Source: Candidatus Adlerbacteria bacterium GW2011_GWA1_54_10 (lineage in GTDB: Bacteria; Patescibacteriota; Minisyncoccia; Phycocordibacterales; SBAW01). Taken from it: DNA of 64,000 nucleotides. The notes beneath the pieces were generated by a model. The model was not told the origin of the DNA and did no database searches. It was given only the letters and a program-made list of their open reading frames with translations. Positions within the stretch are counted from its first letter, which is position 1. Every line of letters starts with the position of its first letter. A program made the position numbers and the translations under genes. Positions 49,311 through 59,178 of this stretch are shown here, piece by piece. The DNA lies in contig LCRO01000006.1 of assembly GCA_001004665.1 (NCBI GenBank), forward strand, positions 444-64,443. The letters are read 5' to 3'.

Positions 49311-51371
49311 TTACAGTATAGGCCAAGATTCAATCATGAGGAGGCGTTTATCCTCTGAAGCCTTGGCGAAGGAGGACCATATCTCCTCCGTTACGAACGG
49401 CATGAATGGGTGAAGTAGCTTGAGCGAGTTCTCCAGAATGTAATACAGAGTTTCGCCATACTCGGGCTTGCCCTTGCTGTCCTCGATTATTTGCGCGGCA
49501 AATCGGTCCCAAACGTAGTGATACAATTTTTCTGCGGCCAGATAGACCCTATAATGCTCGATATCTTCTGTTACGTCTTTGGCTAATGCATTGAACTCCT
49601 CTTTAATCTCCAGATTTATTTCGCCGTTTCTCTCTCGCGAGAGCACGAATCGGGCAATATTCCAGATTTTATTTGCGAATAATTTGTATGCTTTTATTTT
49701 ATTCTCTGCGAGCGCCGTGTCTTGTCCGGGAGTGTTCCCCACAAGCAGTGCCATGCGCAGCGCGTCCGTTCCATAGGTCTGCGTCACATCAAGCGGGTTG
49801 ATTACGTTGCCTTTGCTCTTGCTCATTTTTTTCTTTTCGGCATCGCGCACGAGACCGTGAAAATACACGTCCTTAAAGGGAACTTTGCCGGTGCGATAGG
49901 TTCCAAGCATGATCATTCTCATCACCCAGAAAAAGATAAGGTCATACCCCGTTTCCATTACCGAGGTGGGGTAGTAGATCTTAAAATCGGACGAATCAGG
50001 GTAGCCAAGCACGGCGTAAGGCCATTGTCCGGAGGAAAACCACGTATCAAAAGTATCGGGATCTTTTATCCAGCCTTCGCCCGGAGATTTTTCACTAATT
50101 TGAATTTCATCGCCTTTGAACCAGGCGGGTATGGGTATGCCCCAGACTATCTGGCGGGATATATTCCAGTCGCGCAAATTATCGAGCCAATGAAAAAAAA
50201 CCTTTTCATAATGCTCGGTAACAAAACGGATTTTTCCGCTTTGCACCGCCTCCCGCGCTAGTTGGGCGAGCGGCGCCATTTTGACAAACCACTGCGGCAT
50301 AACCCGCGGCTCGAGTACGTCGTTCTCGTTTTTGTAATTGACGAGTATCGTATGGACGTAATGGTTGTCAATTTTTTCCATAAGACCTTTCTCCTGCAAG
50401 TCTGCGACTACCTCGACGCGGGCCGCCGGCACCTTCATGCCGGAATACTTGCCTGTTTTTTCGTTCAATTTGCCGTAGCGGTCGATTACTTCATCAAGCG
50501 GCAGCGAATGTCGCAGGGCGATCTCAAAGTCGTTCGGGTCGTGCGCCGGTGTAACTTTAACGACGCCGGTGCCGAACTCTGGGTCTACGAACTCGTCGGC
50601 GACGACCGGTAGGGTCTTTTTTCCGATCGGATTTTCCACTTCTACGGTCTTTCCGACCCAGTCTTTGTATCTGGCATCGTTCGGGTTGACGGCTATTGCG
50701 GTATCGCCGAACATCGTCTCCGGACGCACGGTGGCGATGATAAACGGTCCGTATTTTATGTAATACAACGAGTCCTTGCGCTCGATATTTTTGGTCTCAA
50801 GGTCGGAGAGCGAGGTTTGGTACTTGGAACTCCAGTTGACGGGGCGCGAGCCGCGGTAGATGAGGCCGTCGTTGTATAATTTTTTAAAAGTGTCATATAC
50901 GACTTTTATAATGTCTGGGTCGAGGGTAAACTTCTCGCGGCTCCAGTCGCAAGAGGCGCCGAGCTGGCGGAGCTGGCCTTCCATAAACTTTTTATTCTCG
51001 AGAGTAAAGGACAGCATCCCTTTATAAAACTCTTCGTGCTCCATATTAAAGCGGGAGAGGCCCTCTTTCTCCAATTTTTTCTCGTACACCAATTGCGTTT
51101 CAAAACCCGCATGATCCGCGCCGGGGAGCCACAAAGTTTTATAACCTCGCATGCGCTTGTAACGGACGAGTAAATCCTGGATTGTTACAAACAACGCATG
51201 TCCAACATGCAACGAGCCGTTGGCATTCGGCGGCGGCATGATGATGCAATAGGGCTCCTTGTGCCGCTCGGGGAGGTTGTCCGGATTAAAGTACCCGCTC
51301 TCCTCCCATTTTTTATAAATTTCCGGCTCAACCGCCTGTGGGTCGTATGGCTTAAGGAATTTTTCCGGCAT
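49311..51371 (-). CDS. valS: Valine-tRNA ligase
   Basis: PPPNANGSLHVGH, DWNISRQ, DTWFSS and KMSKS motifs. Confidence 0.96.
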   Translation of the reverse strand: MPEKFLKPYDPQAVEPEIYKKWEESGYFNPDNLPERHKEPYCIIMPPPNANGSLHVGHALFVTIQDLLVRYKRMRGYKTLWLPGADHAGFETQLVYEKKLEKEGLSRFNMEHEEFYKGMLSFTLENKKFMEGQLRQLGASCDWSREKFTLDPDIIKVVYDTFKKLYNDGLIYRGSRPVNWSSKYQTSLSDLETKNIERKDSLYYIKYGPFIIATVRPETMFGDTAIAVNPNDARYKDWVGKTVEVENPIGKKTLPVVADEFVDPEFGTGVVKVTPAHDPNDFEIALRHSLPLDEVIDRYGKLNEKTGKYSGMKVPAARVEVVADLQEKGLMEKIDNHYVHTILVNYKNENDVLEPRVMPQWFVKMAPLAQLAREAVQSGKIRFVTEHYEKVFFHWLDNLRDWNISRQIVWGIPIPAWFKGDEIQISEKSPGEGWIKDPDTFDTWFSSGQWPYAVLGYPDSSDFKIYYPTSVMETGYDLIFFWVMRMIMLGTYRTGKVPFKDVYFHGLVRDAEKKKMSKSKGNVINPLDVTQTYGTDALRMALLVGNTPGQDTALAENKIKAYKLFANKIWNIARFVLSRERNGEINLEIKEEFNALAKDVTEDIEHYRVYLAAEKLYHYVWDRFAAQIIEDSKGKPEYGETLYYILENSLKLLHPFMPFVTEEIWSSFAKASEDKRLLMIESWPIL

Positions 51372-51381
51372 ACTTTCGATT

Positions 51382-52590
51382 CTAGCCTGCTATCGAAAGA
51401 TTTCCAATGGCGCGGATATCGAGGTCCAATCTTAACAAAGACCAGTCGCCGGAGAGCAGGTGGGTGAGAGCACATTGCGCTATCATGACGGCGTTGTCGC
51501 CGGTGATGGCAAGCTCGGGGAGACGGAATTCGACATCGGGATAGTTTTCCAATACCAATTGCTGGAGGCGCTCGCGCAGGTAGCGATTAGCGGCCACTCC
51601 GCCTCCGATGACAAATGTTTGCGCGCCAGTTTCGTTAAGCGCGCGTTTTGTTTTACTTACAAACACGTCCGCAACCGCATCTTCAAATTCTGCCGCGAAC
51701 GCGGCTTTTTCCTCTTCTGTTAAAGGCGACTCCTTAGCTTTGGAAGGTGTCCCCTTGGCGTGTTCGCGCAGCATATAGAGAGCCGCGGTTTTAAGGCCAG
51801 AAAAGGATACATCGCACGTGCCGCTTTGTAACATTGGTCTGGGCAGACGAAGCGGAGAGGAAACAGCAGGTGGAGTGGGTTCGCCGAGTGACGACGAGGC
51901 AACTTCAGGCGATTTCGCTGCTGCGAAATCGCCGTACCCGGAACCTGCTGTTTTTCTCGCAGCGTTGCGCGCTTCGTCAGCTAATTTTGAGATCTCCGGG
52001 CCGCCGGGGTAGGGGAGTTTGAGCATCCGCGCCACTTTGTCGAAGCACTCTCCCACGGCGTCGTCGAGAGTCTGACCTATGACTTCGTAGTTAAACCATT
52101 CCCGCATCAGCACAAATTCCGTATGCCCGCCCGAGACAAGCAGTGCCAACGCCGGTAATTTAACATTTTTGAGCTCAAAGGTCAGACCTTGGGAATCCTG
52201 GTTTAAGGTCTGGCCTTGAGTCTGGGCGAGAGATGAAATCAAGTGGGACTCCATGTGATTGACCCCGAAGAGCGGCAAGTTTCTCTCTTTTGCGATTTTT
52301 TTTGCGAACTCGATACCCTGCCAGAGCGCGGGCTCGAGCCCAGGCCCATGCGTAACGGCAATGGCGTCAAACTCGTCGTTTTTGAATTGCTCGTACAGAA
52401 CGGGCAAATTTTTTTCATGCTCGCGCTTAGCAAGGTTGGGGTAAACGCCCCCATAGGGCGCGTGCAAATGCGCCTGCGAAAGCAAAGCGTCTTTAATGGT
52501 GGTAAATACAAAACCGTTTTCGGTTTTTTTCCCTTCTACGAGCGCGATGCCGGTCTCGTCGCAACTTGTTTCAATAGCCAGAATTTTCAT
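51382..52590 (-). CDS. tsaD: tRNA t6A synthase TsaD with in-frame palindromic insertions
   Basis: IETSCDET, HMESH, VSGGHT, SFSGLKT, GGVAAN and DNAVMI motifs. Confidence 0.95.
   Translation of the reverse strand: MKILAIETSCDETGIALVEGKKTENGFVFTTIKDALLSQAHLHAPYGGVYPNLAKREHEKNLPVLYEQFKNDEFDAIAVTHGPGLEPALWQGIEFAKKIAKERNLPLFGVNHMESHLISSLAQTQGQTLNQDSQGLTFELKNVKLPALALLVSGGHTEFVLMREWFNYEVIGQTLDDAVGECFDKVARMLKLPYPGGPEISKLADEARNAARKTAGSGYGDFAAAKSPEVASSSLGEPTPPAVSSPLRLPRPMLQSGTCDVSFSGLKTAALYMLREHAKGTPSKAKESPLTEEEKAAFAAEFEDAVADVFVSKTKRALNETGAQTFVIGGGVAANRYLRERLQQLVLENYPDVEFRLPELAITGDNAVMIAQCALTHLLSGDWSLLRLDLDIRAIGNLSIAG
51852..51960. repeat. Palindromic element inserted in frame in tsaD
   Basis: Outer stem aaacagcaggt/acctgctgttt, inner hairpin ggcgatttcgc/gcgaaatcgcc; homolog in lepA. 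Confidence 0.85.
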
Positions 52591-52612
52591 CTTGCGTTAC
52601 AGTGTAGTATAC

Positions 52613-52688
52613 GCACGGTTAGCTCAGTTGGTAGAGCATCCCCTTGACGTGGGGAGGGTCGCAGGTTCGAGTCCTGCACCGTGCACCA
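52613..52688 (+). tRNA. tRNA-Val(GAC)
   Basis: Acceptor GCACGGT/ACCGTGC, loop ttGACgt, encoded CCA. Confidence 0.95.
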
Positions 52689-52830
52689 AAACTAACTTTG
52701 TCGGAATTGACTGCTCCGCGCGGCGAGTACGCCGCGCTCCGCAGGGCAAAATCCGCTTTTGTTTTCGCCGTAAAATCCCGCCTTCGGCGCGCCCAGATTT
52801 TGCGCTCACTTCCGACGAAGTTTCAGTTTG

Positions 52831-52902
52831 TGACCCCACGGGGAATCGGACCCCGATTTGCGCCTTGAAAGAGCGCTGTCCTAACCGTTAGACGATGGGG
52901 CC
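52831..52902 (-). tRNA. tRNA-Glu(TTC)
   Basis: Acceptor GGCCCCA/TGGGGTC, loop ctTTCaa; T-loop TCCGATT. Confidence 0.88.
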
Positions 52903-52903
52903 G

Positions 52904-52989
52904 CGGAGGAGGTGGGATTCGAACCCACGATGCCTTACGGCATACCGGTTTTCGAAACCGGCGCACTAGACCAACTATGCGACTCCTCC
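52904..52989 (-). tRNA. tRNA-Ser(CGA)
   Basis: Acceptor GGAGGAG/CTCCTCC, loop ttCGAaa, long variable arm. Confidence 0.93.
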
Positions 52990-53055
52990 ACAACAACATT
53001 AAAATAACATTTTTGAAAGCCGATCGCAAAAATGTGCTATACTTACGAACGAACC

Positions 53056-53445
53056 ATGAGTGCGATCAAAAAAATAATCGGGTTTTTTGACAAGCTGGAA
53101 GATAAAATACGCAGTGTCCTTTCACATTCGCCAATTATTTACGCCCTAATTGGCGCCATAGGGATTATTTTAATGTGGAAAGGAGTCGAGGAAACTGCAG
53201 GATTGTTGCCAATCCTGTTTGGTCCGGGGTCCTTTATACTTGGCGCGCTCATACTCTTGCTTACCGGCCTGCTCGTATCTTTCTTCATTGGCGACAGCAT
53301 AATCATCTCGGGATTTAAGAAAGAAAAAAAATTGGTTGAAAAGGCCGAGAGCGAGGTGCGCTCGGAGCAGGAGATGATAGAGGATCTCGAAAAAAAGGTT
53401 GAGCGTCTAGACAGTGACGTGAACAAGCTCGCTGCGCGCCGGTAG
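53056..53445 (+). CDS. Hypothetical membrane protein
   Basis: 'FFDKLEDKIR..LS..PI.YA' head, two TM segments, coiled tail. Confidence 0.75.
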   Translation: MSAIKKIIGFFDKLEDKIRSVLSHSPIIYALIGAIGIILMWKGVEETAGLLPILFGPGSFILGALILLLTGLLVSFFIGDSIIISGFKKEKKLVEKAESEVRSEQEMIEDLEKKVERLDSDVNKLAARR

Positions 53446-53448
53446 ATC

Positions 53449-54390
53449 CTAAGCCGCGCCGGAGAGATAATAGTAAATATCCTCGACGGCCTTTACCGCA
53501 TCGCCCGCGGCGATGTTGTTTTGATGATACAGCCCGTCAGAGCAGTCTCCGGCGGCCCAGATACCGGGGGTGGAAGTACGCTGGCTCTTGCCGTCGACTT
53601 TTATACGTCCCCATTCGTCAAATTCGACTAGACCTTTTACCAAATCGGTCGAGGGGATCATTCCTATCTCCACAAAAATTCCCGCGGCCGGAACTTCCGT
53701 AAGGGCGCCGGTCGCGCGATTTTTTATGATGATGCTTTTTACAAAATTATCACCCTTAACTTCAACAGGCTCGCTTTCTTTTATCGTTCGCATTTTCGAG
53801 TTATCTAATATTGTCTTGACGGTCGATGCATCCGCTTTTAGAAAATCCGACCCGCGATGAACCAAAGTTACGGATTTTGCGTAAGCCAGAAGCTGGGCCG
53901 CGGTTTCGAAGCCCGCGTTCCCCCCACCGACAACAACAACGTCCTGATCGGTAAAGAGCGGACCGTCGCACGAGGCACAGTAGGTAACACCCTTGTTCTC
54001 GAACTCCGCCGCCCCCTTGGCCTGCAATTTTTTGCGGGAACCGCCGGTCGCGACAAGCACCGTCTTAGCGGAATAAGAACTCTTTTCGGTCTGTATTTGA
54101 AACCCGCCGGTCGGCGAACCTTCCGCCGCTCTCTCGACTCTTTCCGCGCGCTCGCCGATTTTCAGATTTACCGAATCTCCCGCATATTCCCGCAAATGCG
54201 CCTCGAACGCCTTGGCAAGCTCCGGTCCCGCAATATGCGGCGTGCCTATCCAGTTTTGTATATCGCTCGACTCCGTAGACTGCCCGCCGATGGCGCCCGC
54301 GATAAATATAGTCTCAAGGTGCTTGCGCGCGGCATACACGCCGGCCGCGACGCCCGCCGGCCCGCCACCGATAATCGCAAGATCGTACAT
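53449..54390 (-). CDS. trxB: Thioredoxin reductase family oxidoreductase
   Basis: GGGPAG, CASCDG, GGGNAG and AAGD motifs. Confidence 0.88.
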   Translation of the reverse strand: MYDLAIIGGGPAGVAAGVYAARKHLETIFIAGAIGGQSTESSDIQNWIGTPHIAGPELAKAFEAHLREYAGDSVNLKIGERAERVERAAEGSPTGGFQIQTEKSSYSAKTVLVATGGSRKKLQAKGAAEFENKGVTYCASCDGPLFTDQDVVVVGGGNAGFETAAQLLAYAKSVTLVHRGSDFLKADASTVKTILDNSKMRTIKESEPVEVKGDNFVKSIIIKNRATGALTEVPAAGIFVEIGMIPSTDLVKGLVEFDEWGRIKVDGKSQRTSTPGIWAAGDCSDGLYHQNNIAAGDAVKAVEDIYYYLSGAA

Positions 54391-54422
54391 AACGTTTAGC
54401 ATATCAACGCCGCAGCTACGAA

Positions 54423-54484
54423 GCAAAAACCCTTTGCGGAGGAGTAGGGGTCGTGTTCGTCTCTCCGGAGCAAAGGGTTTTTGC
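54423..54484. repeat. 62-bp structured palindromic element, copy 2
   Basis: Perfect 15-bp outer stem; homolog at 25203..25264. Confidence 0.85.
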
Positions 54485-54489
54485 GGAGT

Positions 54490-55638
54490 TTATTTTATTT
54501 TTCCGCGGCGCAGAAAACTAGGCACCGCGCCCCATTCGTCTTCTTCCGCTGCCTTTAGGTCCTGCTCTTTCGTCTCCTCGCCCGCCGAAGTGCTCTTTGT
54601 CGAGCCCAATATCTTGCTTAAGGGCTTCTCCTCCTCTTTGTCGCGGAAGCCGAAAAGCGGCGTCCCGCGCGGCGCGAACCCCGCGGCAGGAAAACCGGTC
54701 GCTATTACCGTCACGCGCACCTCGCCTTTCTTGAGCTTCTCATCCTTTACCGCGCCGAAGATTATCTTCGCGTTCTGGTCCACGGACTCGGTTATTATCT
54801 TCGCCGCCTCGTGCACCTCGAGCATGCCAAGATCGTCGCCGCCCGCTATGGCGAAGAGCACTCCCTTCGCGCCGTTTATAGAGAGCTCGAGGAGGGGAGA
54901 GGAAACGGCCGCTTTGGCGGCGACTGATGCGCGATTTTCGCCGCTTGAAGTCCCGATGCCCATAAGGGCCGATCCGGCGTTCTCCATGACCGCCCGTATA
55001 TCGGCAAAGTCCACGTTTATTATGCCGGGGTGGGTGATAAGGTCGGAAATTCCCTCAACAGCTTCTTTAAGGACATCATCGCACATTGCAAACGCGGCTT
55101 TGAGGGTCGTGTCTTTGGCTACCGTGGCAAGCAGGCGGTCGTTCGGGATGACGATAAGCGCGTCCACTTCTTTGCGCAGTTCTTCGAGTCCGCCCTCGGC
55201 TAGGCGCATGCGCTGGGCGCCCTCGAAGGAGAACGGCTTAGTGACGACACCGACTGTAAGCGCGCCGAGCTCCTTCGCAGTGCGGGCGACCACGGGCGCC
55301 GCACCGGTGCCCGTGCCGCCGCCCATGCCGCATGCGACAAAGACCATGTCGCTTCCTTTGAGCGACTGCTGTATCTCCTCTTTTGTCTCTTCGGACGCGC
55401 GCTTGCCGAGCTCCGGATTCATCCCTGCGCCGAGCCCCTTGGTCAAATTTTTTCCGATGTGTATCTTTTTCTTGGCGTTGCTGTTATGCAGATCCTGCGC
55501 GTCGGTGTTGATGGTAATGAAGTCAACGCCGCGGACCTTGCTCTCGATCATGTGGTTGACCGCATTCTTGCCCGAGCCCCCGACGCCCACGACCCGTATC
55601 CTCGCGAACGCTTCTACCTCCGGCTGTAGCTGCGGCAT
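54490..55638 (-). CDS. ftsZ: Cell division protein FtsZ
   Basis: GGGTGTG, NTDAQ, INVDFAD and C-terminal VPSFLRR. Confidence 0.98.
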   Translation of the reverse strand: MPQLQPEVEAFARIRVVGVGGSGKNAVNHMIESKVRGVDFITINTDAQDLHNSNAKKKIHIGKNLTKGLGAGMNPELGKRASEETKEEIQQSLKGSDMVFVACGMGGGTGTGAAPVVARTAKELGALTVGVVTKPFSFEGAQRMRLAEGGLEELRKEVDALIVIPNDRLLATVAKDTTLKAAFAMCDDVLKEAVEGISDLITHPGIINVDFADIRAVMENAGSALMGIGTSSGENRASVAAKAAVSSPLLELSINGAKGVLFAIAGGDDLGMLEVHEAAKIITESVDQNAKIIFGAVKDEKLKKGEVRVTVIATGFPAAGFAPRGTPLFGFRDKEEEKPLSKILGSTKSTSAGEETKEQDLKAAEEDEWGAVPSFLRRGKIK

Positions 55639-55842
55639 AGTGATTTTTTTATTTTTTGTAAATGCTGCCCGTCCGAAGCCTTGGCAAAGGAAGGCCGCAT
55701 TACTGTACACCGCCGGTTTGCAACAATGCAAATAGCGGGTAGTCCACAGGATAAGGCGCGCGATAATGCCTCCTAAAATCTTTTCTTTAAGCCGTTTTTA
55801 TCTTCTTCCATAAAACTCTTGACTCCTTGTCCTTTTGTTCTG

Positions 55843-57012
55843 TTAAGGCAAAAACTTTTTGAGCCAGCGCCACAGTGACCGCAACGGGTCGAGCCAATCG
55901 GATGAGTTATTTCCCTCCAAGTCGCCGCCCGAAGTAAGTCCCCAGATGGTAAGACCGTACGCGACCGTCCAGGTCGAGTCCTGCAATTGCATGCGCTGGG
56001 GCCCATGGGACTCCGCGAGTCGCGAGGGGAGGCGCAAAACCGCCTTTGCCAAGTCGGCGGCACTCTGCAGGGCGGAACTGCCGCCTGTCAAAATAACGCC
56101 CGCAGGAAGTAACTCATTCTTGCCGATTTTTTTAAGATGAGCCTCGACGAGCTTGAACATTTCCGTCATGCGCTTTGCCGCGACGTCCTCGACCTTGCGC
56201 TTGGGGTAGGGGGTTCCCAATATGGCCCCGTGCTTAAGCTGTTCAGCCTCCTCGGGTGGGATGCGCAGGGAAAGCGCGAGGTCATTCGTGATGTCCGTGC
56301 CGCCTACGGCAAAAACTTTTACCGACATCGGCACGGCGTCTTCGAAAACTATCAGGGAAAGAGTCTCGGCGCCTATGTTTGCCAGGACGCACCCGACTCT
56401 TTTTTGCATTTTGGAGAGTGCTACGAACGAAGCCGCTATGGGTGCCGCGACGATATCCTCGACCGCAATGCCCGCCTCCTCGACCGCCTGCACAAGATCG
56501 CCCACATGGCGCTCGAGACAGGTGACGAAAAGCGCCTCGACGCCTATTCTCTGGCACTTCATCCCGACGGGGCTTCGCCCCAGGACGCGGGTACCGTCTA
56601 CAAAATAGCGCAAAGGTATCTGGTGCAGTATGCGACGGTTAAGAGTGGCGGATGGGGGCAGGGCAGCGGCAGCCGCGGCAAGGGCGCGCGGCAGGTCGCG
56701 CTCGCTCACCAGAGAGTCGCCGCGTTCCACAACGGTTTCGCCACGAGCGGTATATTCGTCTAGCCCAGCGCCGCCAATGCCTATATACGCGCTCTTGACT
56801 CGCACCCGCGCGGCCTTGGCGGCCTGCGCGGCGGCCGCCGCTATGGACCGCGCCGTCTCCCCGGGCGCGGTGATATAGCCATGCCGCATTCCCCGCGATT
56901 CCGCATAGCCGGTACCGAGTATCCTCGGAGGCCGTTCATCATCGTTCCTCTGCGCTATTACGACTTTTACGTGGTATGTCCCGACGTCGATACCCGTGAC
57001 TGTTGTTTGCAT
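55843..57012 (-). CDS. ftsA: Cell division protein FtsA
   Basis: GIDVGT, 'NIGAET', 'GG.DITND' and 'LTGG' motifs; upstream of ftsZ. Confidence 0.93.
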   Translation of the reverse strand: MQTTVTGIDVGTYHVKVVIAQRNDDERPPRILGTGYAESRGMRHGYITAPGETARSIAAAAAQAAKAARVRVKSAYIGIGGAGLDEYTARGETVVERGDSLVSERDLPRALAAAAAALPPSATLNRRILHQIPLRYFVDGTRVLGRSPVGMKCQRIGVEALFVTCLERHVGDLVQAVEEAGIAVEDIVAAPIAASFVALSKMQKRVGCVLANIGAETLSLIVFEDAVPMSVKVFAVGGTDITNDLALSLRIPPEEAEQLKHGAILGTPYPKRKVEDVAAKRMTEMFKLVEAHLKKIGKNELLPAGVILTGGSSALQSAADLAKAVLRLPSRLAESHGPQRMQLQDSTWTVAYGLTIWGLTSGGDLEGNNSSDWLDPLRSLWRWLKKFLP

Positions 57013-57329
57013 AAAAGTTTGAGCCCGAATTTCTTCAAAATTTGGCGCTCTTCGCGCTCCATTATAACCCCATGTTTAAGCCCTTTGATGTGCAACAACC
57101 CGTGGATAAAAAGATATTCGACGGTAAAAGGCTTAGATGCGGACTTGCAAAGCAGAATTTCTCCAGAAGTTTTGGAAAGCGGGAAGGCGAAGACGTTCGA
57201 TGCCTTGTCTCTGCCTAGCGCGCGACGCGCCACCTTGCGCATTTCCGCAGGCGGTAAAAACGCCACCGATAATTCGTAGCGCTTTCCGAGAACTGCTTCT
57301 TTGATTTTTTGATAATTAACGCCTACCAC
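56967..57329 (-). CDS. ybeY: Endoribonuclease YbeY
   Basis: HGLLHIKGLKH zinc motif. Confidence 0.85.
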   Translation of the reverse strand: MVGVNYQKIKEAVLGKRYELSVAFLPPAEMRKVARRALGRDKASNVFAFPLSKTSGEILLCKSASKPFTVEYLFIHGLLHIKGLKHGVIMEREERQILKKFGLKLLCKQQSRVSTSGHTT

Positions 57330-57570
57330 CGCGTCTTTTTGGAGCTTCTATGATCTTGCCGAGCTTGATTAGCTCCTCAATATGCACTCTGCGGGAAATT
57401 CGCTTTAGTGCCTGCTTGCGCTCGACGGAGCGCGACTTTACCCGCGCGAAGTAGCGCCGACCGCGCATGCGCGATATCACTCCGGCGCCTTGCACGCGCT
57501 TGCTAAAGCGGCGTATCAAACTGATCGTCGTTTCTCCATCGGTTTTCTGCACCGCGGCGTTCGTTGCCAT
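57316..57570 (-). CDS. Ribosomal protein bS21-like
   Basis: Very basic; 'LIRRFSKRVQ.AG....R.RRYF' pattern. Confidence 0.6.
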   Translation of the reverse strand: MATNAAVQKTDGETTISLIRRFSKRVQGAGVISRMRGRRYFARVKSRSVERKQALKRISRRVHIEELIKLGKIIEAPKRRGGRR

Positions 57571-57625
57571 TGTCAAAAGAGGGTAGCACGCTCTTGCCGT
57601 ACAGGCAAGAGCGTCTGGCCATCGG

Positions 57626-58656
57626 CTATTCGCTCAAATTTTTGAGGTATCGGGTCAACTCGCGGTGGGGGACTATCTCCTGCGCGCTGTCCGCGACGGA
57701 GCGGACTATGACCGTGCGGTCGAGAGCCTCGCGCTGTCCCATGATGATGAGGTGCGTAACGTGGGCCTCTCGCGCCGCCTGCAGCTGCGGCGCGAGGCGC
57801 GAGGAGTCGAAGGACTGCAGGACGGGAATGCGCGCGCGGTAAAGCGCCTCAAGCATGTTCAGCCCCTCTAGCCTTGCGCGGAGCCCGAGCTGGACAAAAT
57901 AAAGCCGTGCGGGCCGCACCGGTGCCATACGCTGTTTTTGCAGAGGGCCCTTCCGGCGGAAGAACAGCCGCGCGTGCGAAAGCTCCATCTCTTTTCGGTT
58001 TACATGCCGGCGCGCGCACTCGAGCCGGCCGCCGAGGGCGCAGACAATAATCGAACCTTCATCCTCGATATCGAGCGCGAACGCGCTCTGCGCGTCGCGC
58101 TCGTCGGAGATAAGCATGTCGTCAAGCTCATAGGGCAGAGCGAGGCGATCCAAATGCTCGAGCATTTCGCGGAAATGCACGCGGCTTTTTTCGGAAAGGA
58201 AGTTGACCGCATGCGGCCCTTCCTGCAGAACTTCGCGGCAGGCGCTGGAGCCGCATAGGTAGGGTGAAAGCGGATTCTCGCAAATTTTTTGCCGGCAGGA
58301 TTCGTCAAGTTTTTCCGCCTGCCGCCGCAGGTACGAAGAAAGCTCGCGCGTGAATCGCAGTTTGGAATCCTTGTCTCCGATGGCATTCACCCGCACGCGG
58401 GTGACTCCGGCCCCATATTCCGTCGCTATCGCCGCGAGAACCTTTATTAAGACTATTTCGCCCATAGACCCCTGCGGGCCCGCTATGACGAACCCCATCT
58501 CGCGGAGCTCTCGCGCGGGGACGGGAAGCGGGCGGTTTCCAGACAGCTATCGAAGTCGCGCACGGGCGCAAAACCGTAAAACCTCGCGACATCGGAAACA
58601 ACCGACATGAATGATGGGACGCTTTTTGGTCGCACCTGCGCGCGCGGAGCCGTCAT
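57626..58656 (-). pseudogene. Divergent HisRS-like protein with frameshift/deletion near 58500
   Basis: N-terminal 'ARFYGFAPV' in one frame; GGR motif and anticodon-binding domain 'IIMGQRE...VIVR' in another. Confidence 0.6.
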
Positions 58657-59142
58657 GGCTTTTCACTGACCGACCCCGGGAAAATTCCAAAATCTCGCAA
58701 GGGGAAAAGGCGCAGAAGAGCACGGCCCGTAATATTTTCCCTCGGCAGGGTGCCCCACACGCGCGAGTCACTGCTCGCAGGGCGGTTGTCGCCCATGACG
58801 AAGTATTCTCCTTCCCCGAGATTTACTACGGAGGCTCCGCCGTTGCCCTTGTTACGCACGTATCGCTCGTCGAGTGCAATATTCGCGCCGTCCTTTCGCG
58901 TTACGGACACTTCCGTTTCGTTGATGTGCACCGTCTCGTTCGGGAGACCCACGATCGTTAAAACGGTACGAAAGCTCGTCGACGATTAGATATTCGCCGT
59001 TGTCGAAAGTCGGCTCCATACTGGCTCCGGAGACGATAAAAGGCTGCGCGACGTATATGCGCACGGGGATGACGATGGCCGCCGCGATGATTATGAATTT
59101 TAGGAGCTCGGTGAAAAAATTTTCTCCACGCTCCTCCGACAT
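58653..59142 (-). pseudogene. lepB: Signal peptidase I with internal deletion/frameshift near 58955
   Basis: 'QPFIVSGASMEPT' and 'YFVMGDNR..S.DSR' are in different frames; the catalytic KR segment is absent. Confidence 0.85.
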
Positions 59143-59178
59143 GTGGGTATTGTACGCGCGCTCATGTACAATGCAAGC

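Noticed and set aside
54212-55735. Long antisense ORFs (also 30483..31970 and 11583..12365)
   Set aside because: They are shadow frames of ftsZ, groEL and copA caused by GC-rich codon bias.
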